Shown one piece after another: positions 45,854 to 54,648 of a DNA stretch of 64,000 nt. Under the pieces are notes generated by a model. That model made no database searches, was not told where the DNA came from, and worked only from the letters and a program-made list of their open reading frames with translations. Location: assembly GCA_041694815.1 (NCBI GenBank), contig JBGFSC010000029.1, forward strand, positions 1-64,000. Direction: 5' to 3'. The stretch comes from Elusimicrobiota bacterium (GTDB lineage Bacteria > Elusimicrobiota > Elusimicrobia > UBA1565 > JACRDR01). The translations under genes and the position numbers were made by a program. The stretch's first letter is position 1, and every line of letters starts with the position of its first letter.

Positions 45854-46960
45854 TTGCGCCGCCATTTTGACGGCCCAAAAAAAAGCGAAGTTTTCGATGC
45901 GGCATTGTCTTCGAAAGAGGTCTTTCTCCTGAGAGAATTGCGGGCTTTGGTCTTATTTTTGGCTTTTTTTCTGATGCCCTGCGGCTTACAGGCTGAGGAA
46001 CCTTATTGGCTCGGCGTGGCATGGGGCGGTATTTTAAATCCGCTTGCATTGAAAGAATCTGATCGCTGGAAAGCCCCCTGGAGCGATTCGAGATTGGAGC
46101 CGAGCAAGCTGGAGGGAGTTCGCACGTTACAGCAGATTCCAAAGGAGTGGCTCGGCAGCCAAAAGGCGATTCCCAAGCGATGGAAAGTGTTCTCTCCCAA
46201 GGCTTCGGCGCAGTATATACGCGTCGTCAATGTTGTTCCTTATTCGACGATGGATGCGGTGCATTTAGGCTTGAAGATGGAACCCGCCGTCGAAGGTATC
46301 GCCACGACTGGGAATCAAGCTATTTTTCCAATGGTCGTTATATCCGATGTTTCGAGCGAAGCTGAACGAATAAAGTCGGTCATCGTAAACGAGTTTTACA
46401 AAAAGGAAGCGGCCGACCCGGTTGAGTTCATCAAGAAGAACTCTGATGCCGCTTGCTCGGGACAGGGCGATTGCCGTATATGCGCCGCTGACTTTCCGGA
46501 TGACAAGACGCGCTTAAAGGCGTCCGTCCATTTTGAAAGCTTGATCCGCACATCTCGGCTTAGGAACGGTTCCCGGCTGTATTATTTCCGGGGGTTAAAG
46601 GACTATCCAGTTCAGCTTAAATTGATCGCGGGTTCTAAAAAGATCCCTTGTCCGCAAAAGGCGTCCTCGCGGGCCCAATTGCGGGGATGGATCAGGGAGA
46701 CCGAGGGCCGGGCATTGGAGCTGCTCGATAGCGAGCTCGAGTTGGGCTACAAAGATCCTCCAGTTAAGGTTAATGAGGCAGGAGGAGAGTATAATTACGA
46801 CCCTCTGGCGGTCGTAGAAGATTATGATATGCCGCTATTTCTATTGAGGCACAATGGTTACGAAACTGGATGGTATTCCCTTAGCGCGTTGGATAAATCT
46901 GGTCGGATGATAAAAAAGCTGCATATCGTATCGGGCACGGCTCATTTCCCTTTCCCTTGA
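45854..46960 (+). CDS. Hypothetical secreted protein, lower GC; start uncertain (TTG near 45938 plausible)
   Basis: 368-aa ORF with signal-peptide-like LRALVLFLAFFLMPCGLQA; AT-richer codons. Confidence 0.6.
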   Translation: MRRHFDGPKKSEVFDAALSSKEVFLLRELRALVLFLAFFLMPCGLQAEEPYWLGVAWGGILNPLALKESDRWKAPWSDSRLEPSKLEGVRTLQQIPKEWLGSQKAIPKRWKVFSPKASAQYIRVVNVVPYSTMDAVHLGLKMEPAVEGIATTGNQAIFPMVVISDVSSEAERIKSVIVNEFYKKEAADPVEFIKKNSDAACSGQGDCRICAADFPDDKTRLKASVHFESLIRTSRLRNGSRLYYFRGLKDYPVQLKLIAGSKKIPCPQKASSRAQLRGWIRETEGRALELLDSELELGYKDPPVKVNEAGGEYNYDPLAVVEDYDMPLFLLRHNGYETGWYSLSALDKSGRMIKKLHIVSGTAHFPFP

Positions 46961-47859
46961 ACGGCGCGAATGGCTTGGCGCAGCGCTTAGAGATTCTGCG
47001 CCTGAGCACGGACTATCGCGCTAGAATTCTCCACGATCCTATCGTTTTTCCCAAGCGCTTCTCGCGTCCCGAGGACATCGAGGTCGTCGCGTGGCTGTCC
47101 GCCTCGCTGGCCTACGGGCGGGTTTCTTTGTTCTCCGCGGTTCTCGAGCGCATCTTGAGCCGCATGGGCGCTCGCCCCACCGAGTTCGTCCGCCGCTTCG
47201 ACCCGGGCGGGCTGGAGGAATGGGACGGGCTCTATTACCGGCTCAACAGCGGCCGCGATATCGCGTGCCTAATCTACCTGATGCGGCAGATCCTCCTACG
47301 CCACGGGACGATCGGGGCCTTATTTAGGAAAGGGTACAGGCCCGAGGATCCGGATGTCGGCCCGGCCTTGGAGCGCTTCATCGAGGCGGTGGAGGCCGTC
47401 GACGTCTCGCCCGTGTACGGTCGCGCCGAGCGTCCGGAGGGGCTCAAGCAATTGTTCTCGCGCCCTTCCAAGGGCAGTGCTTGCAAAAGGCTCAACATGT
47501 TCCTGCGCTGGATGGCGCGCCCCGCCGACGGGCTCGACTTCGGGCTTTGGGACTGGCTGGCGCCGGGAAAGCTGATCATCCCGCTCGATACTCATGTGCT
47601 GCGCATCGGCCGCTACCTGGGGCTTACGAGGCGGCGCTCCGGAGGGTGGAGGACGGCGCAGGAGATAACGGGCGTCCTGCGCCGGATCGACCCGCGCGAT
47701 CCGCTCAAGTACGATTTTCCGCTATGCCATCACGGCATCTCGGGAAATTGCCCCGTTGGCAAGCAGCCCGAGCGCTGCCGCGCCTGCTGCCTGGCTCCTT
47801 CCTGCGCCAAGGGGCGCGCGCTTCTTAGAGCGTCCGCCGGACCAGTTTCGAGCGGTTGA
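46957..47859 (+). CDS. TIGR02757 (DUF2400) family protein
   Basis: DPIVFPKRF, DIEVVA..LAYGRV, SACKRLNMFLRWM, DFGLW, IPLDTHV, DPLKYDF; Cys-rich tail. Confidence 0.9.
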   Translation: MNGANGLAQRLEILRLSTDYRARILHDPIVFPKRFSRPEDIEVVAWLSASLAYGRVSLFSAVLERILSRMGARPTEFVRRFDPGGLEEWDGLYYRLNSGRDIACLIYLMRQILLRHGTIGALFRKGYRPEDPDVGPALERFIEAVEAVDVSPVYGRAERPEGLKQLFSRPSKGSACKRLNMFLRWMARPADGLDFGLWDWLAPGKLIIPLDTHVLRIGRYLGLTRRRSGGWRTAQEITGVLRRIDPRDPLKYDFPLCHHGISGNCPVGKQPERCRACCLAPSCAKGRALLRASAGPVSSG

Positions 47860-48295
47860 AGTCGGCCGCCAGCCCGGAGAGCGCCAAGGCCCCGAGCGAA
47901 AGCCCGAAATCCCGCAGAGCAATGTCGAAATAGCCCGGGATCATCAGCAGGTTGACGATGATGCACCAAAGCCAGCCGCAGACCACCAGGCCGCCCACGC
48001 GGGGATTGACCGCGACGAGGCAGCCGGCGAAGATCTCGAGCACGCCGACCCCGTTCATGAAGGCCGAGGCCCCGCCGAACCAATTAGCGAAGGCCGGGGC
48101 CAGGTATTGGTTCCAGTCGGCCAGGTAGTGGAAGAACTTATCCACGCCCGCGACCAACGGCGCGACGATATAGCCCAGGTACAGGATCTGGTACGCCCGG
48201 TAGGCCGAATCCGGCCGCCCCGGGGCGATGCCTCCTTCGTGGTGTTTTGGGGAGGTGAAGACCCTCATCGGGTTGACGGGAGTCATGGTTGCCAT
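47825..48295 (-). CDS. DoxX-like membrane protein
   Basis: APLVAGVDKFFHYLADWNQYLAP, VGVLEIFAG, YFDIALRDFGL; strong SD AGGAGGAG. Confidence 0.75.
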   Translation of the reverse strand: MATMTPVNPMRVFTSPKHHEGGIAPGRPDSAYRAYQILYLGYIVAPLVAGVDKFFHYLADWNQYLAPAFANWFGGASAFMNGVGVLEIFAGCLVAVNPRVGGLVVCGWLWCIIVNLLMIPGYFDIALRDFGLSLGALALSGLAADFNRSKLVRRTL

Positions 48296-48410
48296 AAACT
48301 CCTCCTGAGGCGAATGCCTCTAAAAATATTATAGCTCCGCACGACGGCGCCCGGCGCCGCCCGGAGCGGGTTGAAAAGGAAAGTCACAAATTTGCTAACA
48401 TGCCGACAAA

Positions 48411-49205
48411 ATGAGTCCGCAAAGCCCTTACGGCTGGTGGCTTCCCCTCAACCTCTCCACCCTGGGCCCGCAGCTCGACCGCGTCTTCTACATCGTCCAC
48501 GTGTTCATGCTCGTCCTATTCGTCGGTTGGGCGATATTCTTCGCCTATTGCCTGCTCCGTTTCAGGGAGCGCGGCGGACGGCGCGCGGCATACGCCACCG
48601 ATACCCGCCACCTCAACACCTTCCTCGAGATCGGCGTCATCGCCTTCGAGGTGGTCTTGATCGTTTTCTTCTCGATTCCCCTCTGGGCCACGGCCAAGTA
48701 CAAGACGCCGTCGCCCCAGGAGGCGGTGGAGATCGAGGTCGTGGCCGAGCAGTTCGCCTGGAACATCCGCTACCCCGGCGCCGACGGGACGTTCGGGCGC
48801 AAGGACCCCGGGCTGATGCATAGCGGCAACCCCATAGGCTTGGACCGGAGCGACCCCGCGGCGCAAGACGACATCCTGACGGTCAACGAGCTTTTCGTTC
48901 CCACGGGAAAGCCCGTGCTCATCCATCTGACCTCCAAGGACGTCATCCATTCCTTTTATCTCCCGGTGTTACGCGTCAAGCAGGACGCGATCCCGGGGCA
49001 GAAGGTCGCCGTCTGGTTCCAGGCGACGGATACCGGCGATTTCGAGATTGCCTGCGCCCAGCTTTGCGGGGTCGCCCATTACCGGATGATGGGGGATCTT
49101 TTCATCCGCACGCCAGAGGAGTTCGCCTCATGGCTTAAGCGCAAAGGGGCCGAGCTTAAGGCGGCCGAGAAACAAAAGAGCGCGGCGAAGGCCGCGGATT
49201 GGTGA
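48411..49205 (+). CDS. coxB: Cytochrome c oxidase subunit II (CuA)
   Basis: 2 TM, EQFAWNIRY, DVIHSF, CAQLCGVAHYRM (CuA motif). Confidence 0.95.
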   Translation: MSPQSPYGWWLPLNLSTLGPQLDRVFYIVHVFMLVLFVGWAIFFAYCLLRFRERGGRRAAYATDTRHLNTFLEIGVIAFEVVLIVFFSIPLWATAKYKTPSPQEAVEIEVVAEQFAWNIRYPGADGTFGRKDPGLMHSGNPIGLDRSDPAAQDDILTVNELFVPTGKPVLIHLTSKDVIHSFYLPVLRVKQDAIPGQKVAVWFQATDTGDFEIACAQLCGVAHYRMMGDLFIRTPEEFASWLKRKGAELKAAEKQKSAAKAADW

Positions 49206-49206
49206 G

Positions 49207-50997
49207 ATGAGCGACAAGGAAAAGCATCACGTGGCGCAGCAGCACCATCACGGCCCGCAGGGTTTCATCGAGAAGTACGTCTTCTCCCTGGACCATAAGG
49301 TCATCGGCCTGCAGTACATGATCACCTCGCTCGTCTTCCTGCTTTTTGGCTTCTCGCTTATCATGCTGCTGCGCTGGCAGTTGGCCTGGCCGGGCCGCCC
49401 GATGCCGCTCATCGGCCATCTCCTCAAGAGCTCGATGCCGGGCGGCGTCATGACCCCCGATTTCTACCTGCAGCTGGGGGCGATGCACGGCACGATCATG
49501 GTTTTTTTGGGCGTCGTCCCGCTCGGGGTGGGCGCTTTCGGCAATTACGTCCTCCCCCTGCAGATCGGAGCGCCCGACATGGCCTTTCCGCGCATGAACA
49601 TGATGAGCTACTGGACCTTCCTGGTCGGCGGCCTCGTCATGCTGGGCAGCTTCCTGCTTCCGGAGGGGGCCGCCAACTCCGGATGGACCTCCTACGCCCC
49701 CTTGTCCGTGCAGGCGACGGCGGGACAGACCTTGTGGCTCATCGGCATGGTCTTTTTGATCACCTCCTCTTTGCTCGGCTCGATCAACTTTATCGTCACC
49801 ACGATCCAGATGCGCGCCAAGGGGCTTTCCTTCTTCCGGCTCCCCGTTTTCGTCTGGGCGCAGTTCGTCACCGCCGTGCTGCTGCTTTTGGCCTTCCCAC
49901 CGTTGGAGGCCGCGGCCGTGCTGCAGCTTATGGACCGGCTGGCCGGGACCAGCTTCTTTTTGCCTACGGGCCTGGCCGCTTTCGGGCAGCCGATGGCGGT
50001 TTCGGGGGGAGGGCAGCCGCTGCTCTGGCAGCACCTCTTCTGGTTCCTGGCGCATCCCGAGGTGTACGTGCTCGTCCTTCCCGCCATCGGCATCATCGGC
50101 GAGATCATCGCCAACAACACGCGCAAGCCCCTTTTCGGCTACCGCGCCATGGTGGGGTCGATGATATTTTTGGGCGCGATGTCCTTCATCGTATGGGCCC
50201 ACCACATGTTCTTGACCGGGATGGGCCCCGTGATGAACGCCTTCTTCACGACGACCACGATGATCATCTCCATCCCGTCGGTCGTGATCCTGACCACCTA
50301 CCTGATTAGCCTTTGGGGAGGCTCGATCCGCTTCACGACGCCGATGCTCTTCGCGTTGGCCTTCCTGCCGATGTTCGGCATCGGGGGCCTGACCGGCCTG
50401 CCCTTGGGGCTTCCGGCCACCGATATCCACCTGCACGACACCTACTATGTGATCGGGCATTTCCATTACGTCGTCGCGCCCGGGACCATCATGGCCTTGT
50501 TCGCCGGCATCTATTACTGGTTTCCCAAGATGTTCGGGCGGCGGATGGATGACCGGCTGGGGAAGCTTCATTTTTGGACCTCGGCGACCTTCCTCAATGG
50601 CGTCTTTTTCCCCATGCTGCTCTATGGCGTGGCCGGGGTGCAGCGGCGGCTCTACGACCCGACCGGGTACGCCCATGCCGTGCCCGTGCAGCCACTCAAC
50701 GTGATCATGACCGTTTCCGCCTACTGCCTGGCCGTGTCCCAGATCCCGTTCATCTATAATTTCTTCAACAGTATTTGGAACGGCGAGAAGGTTTCGCGCA
50801 ACCCCTGGCAGGCCACCACGCTCGAATGGGCCGCCCCCTCGCCGCCGCCGCACGGCAATTTCGACTCCCCGCCTAGGGTATACCGCGGGCCCTATGAGTA
50901 CAGCGTTCCCGGCGTGAAATCCGACTTCGTCCCTCAGTTCTCGGAGGACGGGGGAGAGCCGGAGGAGCCGCGCCGGAAAATGGCGAGCCTGGCATGA
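49207..50997 (+). CDS. coxA: Heme-copper oxidase subunit I, A-family
   Basis: DHKVIG, MHGTIM, GAPDMAFPRMN, GWTSYAPL, WFLAHPEVY, VWAHHMF, HDTYYVIGHFHY, QRR. Confidence 0.97.
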   Translation: MSDKEKHHVAQQHHHGPQGFIEKYVFSLDHKVIGLQYMITSLVFLLFGFSLIMLLRWQLAWPGRPMPLIGHLLKSSMPGGVMTPDFYLQLGAMHGTIMVFLGVVPLGVGAFGNYVLPLQIGAPDMAFPRMNMMSYWTFLVGGLVMLGSFLLPEGAANSGWTSYAPLSVQATAGQTLWLIGMVFLITSSLLGSINFIVTTIQMRAKGLSFFRLPVFVWAQFVTAVLLLLAFPPLEAAAVLQLMDRLAGTSFFLPTGLAAFGQPMAVSGGGQPLLWQHLFWFLAHPEVYVLVLPAIGIIGEIIANNTRKPLFGYRAMVGSMIFLGAMSFIVWAHHMFLTGMGPVMNAFFTTTTMIISIPSVVILTTYLISLWGGSIRFTTPMLFALAFLPMFGIGGLTGLPLGLPATDIHLHDTYYVIGHFHYVVAPGTIMALFAGIYYWFPKMFGRRMDDRLGKLHFWTSATFLNGVFFPMLLYGVAGVQRRLYDPTGYAHAVPVQPLNVIMTVSAYCLAVSQIPFIYNFFNSIWNGEKVSRNPWQATTLEWAAPSPPPHGNFDSPPRVYRGPYEYSVPGVKSDFVPQFSEDGGEPEEPRRKMASLA

Positions 50998-51590
50998 GCG
51001 CCGAAGCCGCCCTGACGCACGGCGTCTACGAGCCGGGAGCTCCCGAGGCGACCAACGGCAAGCTCGCCATGTGGCTTTTCTTGGCCTCCGAGATCATGCT
51101 CTTCGGCGCCCTTTTCTCTTCCTATATAATCCTGCGGGACGCCGCGCCGTTCTGGCCGAAGGGCTGGGAAGTGCTCAACGTGCCTTTGGCCACGCTCAAC
51201 ACCGTGGTGCTCATCACCTCGAGCATGACGATGGTGCTGGCCTACGCCGCGGCGCAAAAGGGAGATGAACGCCGGCTCAACGGCTTTTTATGGGCGACCT
51301 TCCTTTTGGCCTGCTGCTTCTTGGTGATCAAGGCCTTCGAATACGGGTCCAAGTTCCAGCACCACCATTTCCCGTCAACGAGCGTCTTCTACGCGGTTTA
51401 CTTCACATTGACCGGGCTGCACGGCTTCCACGTGATCGGGGGCATGGCGGTGATGCTTTTTATCCTGCTAGGGGGGCAGAAGGGGATCCCGCGCCCATTG
51501 TTCGTCAGCCGCATCGAGTGTCTCGGGCTCTATTGGCACTTTGTCGACCTGGTCTGGATATTCCTGTTCCCGTCCCTCTACCTTTTATGA
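50994..51590 (+). CDS. coxC: Cytochrome c oxidase subunit III (short form)
   Basis: WLFLASEIMLFGALF, NTVVLITSS, TGLHGFHV, YWHFVDLVWIFLF. Confidence 0.95.
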   Translation: MSAEAALTHGVYEPGAPEATNGKLAMWLFLASEIMLFGALFSSYIILRDAAPFWPKGWEVLNVPLATLNTVVLITSSMTMVLAYAAAQKGDERRLNGFLWATFLLACCFLVIKAFEYGSKFQHHHFPSTSVFYAVYFTLTGLHGFHVIGGMAVMLFILLGGQKGIPRPLFVSRIECLGLYWHFVDLVWIFLFPSLYLL

Positions 51591-51946
51591 GCAAGGACGC
51601 GCACGATCATACGCGGGTCTATCTGGCGGTGTTCGCCGCCCTGCTCGTTTTGACCGTCGTGACCGTCGCCGTCAGCCGGCTCGATTTAACGAGGCCTTGG
51701 GCGATCGGCGTGGGACTGGCGATCGCTTGCCTCAAGGGAGGACTGGTCGCCGCCTACTTCATGCATCTCGTCAGCGAGCGGGTGACGGTGTACTCCATCG
51801 TCGGCCTCGCCGCCGCCGCCTTCATTGCCCTGCTTCTCCTGCCGTGGATCGACATGACTCATCCCGCCGCCCAGAGCACCGAGCCTCCGCCCGCGGCCGT
51901 GGAATCGGCGGGGCGCCACGCCGAAACGGCCGCCCATGTCCCTTAA
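51587..51946 (+). CDS. Cytochrome c oxidase subunit IV family (CyoD/CtaF-like)
   Basis: YLAVFAALLVLTVVTV, IACLKGGLVAAYFMHL; ATG 51587 overlaps the coxC stop. Confidence 0.88.
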   Translation: MSKDAHDHTRVYLAVFAALLVLTVVTVAVSRLDLTRPWAIGVGLAIACLKGGLVAAYFMHLVSERVTVYSIVGLAAAAFIALLLLPWIDMTHPAAQSTEPPPAAVESAGRHAETAAHVP

Positions 51947-52334
51947 GAGCTTCCATATTTTCTTCATCTTTGTCAGCGCGCTCTTGTGCGCCTGGATGTT
52001 GGGTTGGGCCCTGATGCATCGGAACGACCCCAATGCCCCGCTGATGCTCGTTTGCGGCGCCGCTGGCGGTGGGGCCTTGCTCGCCTACCTGCGCTGGTTC
52101 CTAGGCCAGTTCCGCTCGAGCCGCCTGCTGGCCCTCGGCCTGGCGCTTGGGCTGCTCTCGCTTCCGGGCGCGCCCCTGATGGCCTGCGCCGTCTGCTTCG
52201 CCTCCGAGGAGAAAACCGTATCCGCCTTCAATTGGGGGATCGTCTTTCTGGCGGCCGTGACCTTCCTTACGCTTGGCGGCATCACCGCGATGATGCTGCG
52301 TGCCATTCGGCAAAGGGAAGACGCCTCCGATTGA
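51936..52334 (+). CDS. Small membrane protein with CxxC (ACAVCF) motif
   Basis: About 4 hydrophobic segments; overlaps both neighbours in the oxidase operon. Confidence 0.7.
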   Translation: MSLKSFHIFFIFVSALLCAWMLGWALMHRNDPNAPLMLVCGAAGGGALLAYLRWFLGQFRSSRLLALGLALGLLSLPGAPLMACAVCFASEEKTVSAFNWGIVFLAAVTFLTLGGITAMMLRAIRQREDASD

Positions 52335-53164
52335 ATAGCCCGGCGTTTCATCGCGCCTGCGTATTCACCGCGACCTGCGGTTTTATCCTGGTCATCGCCG
52401 GGGCGCTCGTTACCTCCACCGGCTCGGCCCTCGCGGTTCCGGATTGGCCCCTGGCCTACGGGCAGGTATTTCCGGAGATGAAGGGCGGCGTGCTTTTCGA
52501 GCATGGCCATCGCTTGATCGCCTCCTTCGTGGGGCTATGCACTCTGGCTCTCGCCGTCTGGGCGCGGTGGGCGGCCTCCCGCGGCGTCGCTCGCTTGGCC
52601 GCGTTCGCGGCGGCGATGGTAATCGTGCAGGGGCTTTTGGGCGGCATCACCGTGCTCTACGAGCTGCCCAAGCCGATCTCCATCACTCATGCCTGCCTCG
52701 GTCAGGGCTTTTTTTGCGTGCTCACGGCCATTGCCTTATGGACCTCGCCCGCCTGGAACTCCTTTTGCGCCGGAGCCCCGCCCCATCCGCAGGCGCTGCG
52801 CCGCCTGCGAGCTTGGAGCCTTTCCGCGTCCGGCGCCGTCTTCCTGCAGCTGGTGTTGGGCGCGGGTTACCGCCATGACGCCCTTCCACTCTGGCCGCAT
52901 GTGTTCGGCGCGGCCATGGCCGCGTGGCTGCTATTGTTGGCTTCCTACCGGATACACGCGGATTTCGCCGACCGTCCTTGGCTGCTTCGTTTCTCCAAGC
53001 TCTTGACCGCGCTTCTTTTCCTCCAGTTGGCGCTGGGATTAGGCTCCTACTCCTTCAGGGGGGCCGCCGTCACGGCGGCGCATGTCGCCTGCGGGGCCCT
53101 GCTGCTGGCTGCCTCCGTACTGCTGTCCTGGACCGCCCATCGATGCGCGCAGGCGGCGCCGTGA
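52331..53164 (+). CDS. ctaA: Heme A synthase (COX15/CtaA)
   Basis: GALVTSTGSALAVPDWP, EHGHRL, QGLLGGITV, HACL, QLVLGA, PHVFGA, AHVACG; TTG 52331. Confidence 0.88.
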   Translation: MNSPAFHRACVFTATCGFILVIAGALVTSTGSALAVPDWPLAYGQVFPEMKGGVLFEHGHRLIASFVGLCTLALAVWARWAASRGVARLAAFAAAMVIVQGLLGGITVLYELPKPISITHACLGQGFFCVLTAIALWTSPAWNSFCAGAPPHPQALRRLRAWSLSASGAVFLQLVLGAGYRHDALPLWPHVFGAAMAAWLLLLASYRIHADFADRPWLLRFSKLLTALLFLQLALGLGSYSFRGAAVTAAHVACGALLLAASVLLSWTAHRCAQAAP

Positions 53165-54003
53165 CGAGGCTTTTGGCCTATTTGGAGCTGACGAAGCCCG
53201 GCATCGCCGCGGTGGTCCTCATGACCGCCTCGGCGGGCTATCTCGTGGCCGTGGAAAGCCCCGATTGGGAATTGTTCCGGCTCATGCTGCTTGGCACCGC
53301 CCTTTCTGCGGCCGGAGCCGGCGCGCTCAATATGTTGCTCGAACGCGGGCCGGATTCCCTGATGCTGCGCACGAGGGAGCGGCCGCTCCCTTCGGGGCGC
53401 ATACGGCCCCTGGAGGCCCTACTCTTGGGTTTGTCGTCAGCGGTCGCGGGGGTCCTGGTGTTGGCTAAGATAAATGCTTGGGCCGCTGGCGCCGCCGCTG
53501 TCTGCTTGGCGGTGTATCTGGCGTGTTATACGCCGCTTAAAAGGCGCACGGCCTGGTGCATCATTCCCGGAGCATTGAGCGGCGCCATGCCTCCATTGAT
53601 CGGCTGGGCCGCGGCGCATGGCGGGCTAGGGTCGGGCGCGATCCCTTTGTTCTTGATCCTGTTCCTGTGGCAATTCCCGCATATCGTCGGCCTGGGCAGG
53701 ATGTACCAGGACGATTATCAGCGCGCGGGGTTTCGCATGATCCCCTCGGGCCCCGAGGGAGACCCTAACTCCTGGCGCCTCGCCGTCGCCGCGGCGACGT
53801 TGCTTGTTCCCGTCAGCTTGCTGCCTTTTTGGCTGGGCTGGTCAGGGAATCTATACGCTGCGGGCGCCCTGCTGTTGGGGGGCTTGTACGCGGGGGCGTC
53901 GCTTCATTTTGCCCGGCGTCCGGGCCTGCCCGCCGCCAGGCTGCTATTTTTCACTTCGATCGGCTACATGCCTTTGCTGCTCTCGCTGTTGATCATTCGC
54001 TGA
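53161..54003 (+). CDS. ctaB: Heme O synthase (protoheme IX farnesyltransferase)
   Basis: YLELTKP, DSLMLRTRERPLPSG, YTPLKR, GAMPPLIGWAA, WQFPH, DDYQRAG; GTG 53161. Confidence 0.95.
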   Translation: MTRLLAYLELTKPGIAAVVLMTASAGYLVAVESPDWELFRLMLLGTALSAAGAGALNMLLERGPDSLMLRTRERPLPSGRIRPLEALLLGLSSAVAGVLVLAKINAWAAGAAAVCLAVYLACYTPLKRRTAWCIIPGALSGAMPPLIGWAAAHGGLGSGAIPLFLILFLWQFPHIVGLGRMYQDDYQRAGFRMIPSGPEGDPNSWRLAVAAATLLVPVSLLPFWLGWSGNLYAAGALLLGGLYAGASLHFARRPGLPAARLLFFTSIGYMPLLLSLLIIR

Positions 54004-54033
54004 TAACTGGCTTTCTTTAAATTCACGGTAGGA

Positions 54034-54648
54034 TTAGACGAGAAGTCCTAGTGAAGCCAGCTGCGCCTGCAGTTTCTCGGCGCCTTCATATCGCAGGGCG
54101 TGTATGCCCAGCCGCCGCGCCGCCTCCACGTTTTCCGTCAGGTCGTCGATAAACACGGCCTGATGGGCGCGCACCCGGGCCGCCTTGAGCGCCGCCCGGT
54201 AGATGCCGGGCTCGGGTTTGCGCATCTTGAGTCGGTAAGAGAGCACGGCCCCGTGGGCGTGCCCGGCGAAGCCGTAACGCTTGCGGATATGGTCGAAATG
54301 GAGCCGGTTGGTGTTCGAAAGAAGGAAGACCTTATGCGTCTTGGCCAGGCGACGCAGCAGGGCGGCCGTCGGACGCTCGAGGCGGAAATGGTCGCACCAA
54401 AGCCTCTTGAATTGCCGGTAGTCCCCCTCGTAGCCCAGCTCTTTGCGAAAGATTCGGTGCAACTGCCTGCCGGATATCTCGCCCCGCTCGATCGCCTCCC
54501 CGATGCGCGAGGACCATAGGTAGCGCGCCACGCGCAAGGGATGGCGGCCGACCGCCCAGGAGATCTTGCGCGCGATGTCGGCGGCGTTAAACCGCAGCAG
54601 CACGTTGCCGATGTCGAAGAACACGGCGCGGATGTCTACCGTGGGCAT
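54034..54648 (-). CDS. HAD family phosphatase (YihX-like)
   Basis: FFDIGNVL, LLSNTN, KPEPGIY, FIDD...NV. Confidence 0.92.
   Translation of the reverse strand: MPTVDIRAVFFDIGNVLLRFNAADIARKISWAVGRHPLRVARYLWSSRIGEAIERGEISGRQLHRIFRKELGYEGDYRQFKRLWCDHFRLERPTAALLRRLAKTHKVFLLSNTNRLHFDHIRKRYGFAGHAHGAVLSYRLKMRKPEPGIYRAALKAARVRAHQAVFIDDLTENVEAARRLGIHALRYEGAEKLQAQLASLGLLV

Noticed and set aside
48371..48390. FNR/CRP box upstream of coxB
   Set aside because: The TTGA and TCACA half-sites are not at the required spacing.
49156..50853. 565-aa minus-strand ORF
   Set aside because: Antisense shadow of coxA with no motifs.
49207..50997. Assigning the oxidase to a known NO reductase family
   Set aside because: It retains the HPEVY Tyr, D-channel residues, and subunits III/IV with ctaA/ctaB, so it stays A-family on sequence. 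Only the K-channel anomaly is reported.
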